DNA of 64,000 bases, taken from the NCBI GenBank assembly GCA_026770705.1, contig JANJGN010000052.1:496001-560000 (forward strand), in the 5' to 3' direction. The notes beneath the pieces are model-generated. The model was not told the origin of the DNA. It saw nothing but the letters and a program-made list of their open reading frames with translations, and searched no databases. Position numbers and translations under genes: made by a program. This DNA is from Isurus oxyrinchus. Taxonomy: Eukaryota. Positions 62,435 through 64,000 of this stretch are shown in pieces; position 1 is the first letter of the stretch; each line of letters starts with the position of its first letter.

Positions 62435-63050
62435 GAGGGTAGGAGGAGGCCATTTGGCCCCTCGAGCCTGCTCCACCATTCAATGAGATCATGGCTGATC
62501 TGCAAACTAGCCCCATATGGCTTTGTCCCATCTCCTTTAATACCTTTGGATAACAAAAATCTATCAGTCTCACAGGTTTAAAATGAACAACTTGATCGTG
62601 CATCAGTTTCAGTTTGGGGAAGACCGTTCCAAATTTCTCCCACCCTTTGTACTTCCTAATTTCACTCCTGAAAGGTCAGCCTCTCCTTTTTAGGCTCTGA
62701 CCCCGAGTCCCAGACTCCCCCCAACCAGGGGAAATGGTTTCTCTTTATCGCCCCCGATCTGTTCCCCTTAATATCATGCAAACTTTCATCAAATCTCCTG
62801 CTTAACATTCTAACTTCCAGGGAATACAAGCCGAGTTTGTGTTTAATCTCTCCTTGTGATTTAACCCTTGGAGTCCCGGTCTCATTCTGGTAAACTGACA
62901 CTGCTCTCCCTCCGAGGTCAGTATATCCTTCCTAAGGTGTGGGGCCCAGAATGTCTCACAGTGACTCCAGGTGTGGTCTAGCCAGGGCTTTATGTAGACT
63001 GAAGCATGACCTCTGCCCCCTTATATTCTAATCCGTGAGATAGAAAGGGC
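62435..63050 (-). mobile_element. CR1-like LINE 3' fragment
   Basis: LGLYSLE, HGLEYKGAEVMLQ remnants and the characteristic 3' tail. Confidence 0.7.
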
Positions 63051-63644
63051 AGAGTTCCAGAATTGTTGTGTTTATTCGACAACAGAATAACAGAGGAAGG
63101 TTTCCTCTCTGCCCTCTTCAGCCCCACTGGGAAGGTCAGGATGAGAAGGTTGGGCTGGGTCCCCTGTACTGGACACTCGCTGAATCTTCCAATGATAGTT
63201 CTGGGCTGGATTTCAAAACGCATAGACAAGGATTCAGTGTTCCATCACATTCTGCCTTTGTCTCTTTTCCTCTCGTTCTCTTTCTCTACCATCCTCTCTC
63301 TCTATCTATCTATCTTTCTCCTCATTCTCTCCTGCTTCATCTCTATCACTTTCTTTCTACTTCTTTGTGTGTCTCTGTCTGTCTCTCTCTCTCACTCTTT
63401 CTTTCCTTGTCCTTATCTCTTTCAGTGTCTCCCTCTTTCTCTCTCTCTCTCTCTCTCTCTAAATGTGCCCCTCTCTAACAGTTTGGCCCAGTACTCTTAT
63501 TTCCCTGTTTTACTGGTGTTCCATTTGAAGGTATACAAGACCAGATCAGACCAGAATGTTTATTTTCCAGTGTTTACTGTGTTTTTTTCATTCTGGGTGT
63601 CTCTCGACTCTGTCTGTCCCTCTCTGTCCTTTTATTTCATTCTT

Positions 63645-63990
63645 TCATGTGATGTGGACATCACTGCCTAGGCCAGCATTTATTGCCCAACCCTAATTGC
63701 TCTTGTTCAGAGGCCACTTTTTAAAAGTCAACCACATTGCTGTGGGTCTGGAGTCACATGTAGGCCAGACCAGGTAAGGACAGCAGATTTCCCTCCCTAA
63801 AGGGCATTTGTGACCCAAATACAAGAATCAGCAATGGTTTCCTGGTCATCATCGGACTTTTAATTCCAGGTTTTTACTGAGTTCAAATTCCACCAACTGC
63901 TGTGGTGGGATTCTAACCAGGGTCCCAGGAGCATTACACTGGGTCTCTGGATTACTGGTCCAGTGAAAATACCATCAGGCCAACACCTCC
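63645..63990 (-). mobile_element. tRNA-derived SINE (HE1-like)
   Basis: Minus strand has A-box tggcctgatgg and B-box ggttagaatccc; the body matches 54900-55170. Confidence 0.65.
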
Positions 63991-64000
63991 CCACTCTTCC

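Noticed and set aside
63063-63671. 202-aa hydrophobic ORF
   Set aside because: The hydrophobicity comes from CT microsatellite-like sequence; no recognisable domain.

Overview
Eukaryotic, repeat-rich genomic DNA, most likely from a shark or other cartilaginous fish (CR1/L2 LINEs, tRNA-derived and Deu-type SINEs, Gypsy remnants). Most ORFs in the supplied track are TE or minisatellite noise. The real genes are spliced, and I reconstructed them by hand. (1) From 1 to about 51 kb lies a cluster of Siglec/CD22/MAG-like receptor genes. Gene A (minus) has a leader and two tandem V-set exons and runs off the left edge. Gene B (minus) is a pseudogene with an Arg-containing TM exon. Gene C (minus) has L-V-C2-C2, an uncharged TM, and tail exons ending in an ITIM (SVYGNL). 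An orphan ITIM exon sits near 37.5 kb. Gene F (plus, head-to-head with C) has a near-identical ectodomain but an Arg-containing TM and a Tyr-free tail. Together these look like a paired inhibitory/activating Siglec system, analogous to SIGLEC5/14 and 11/16, undergoing birth-and-death evolution: C carries a 1-nt frameshift and F has ATG>ATA. (2) At 57364-61771 (minus) is a three-exon hepcidin gene that the ORF track does not recover. It has an unusual 8-residue loop between Cys5 and Cys6 containing an N-glycosylation sequon, a non-canonical N-terminus, and a promoter with a TATA box, a GGCGCC BMP-RE and C/EBP-like sites. Three minisatellite families each derive from a short piece of a local TE.
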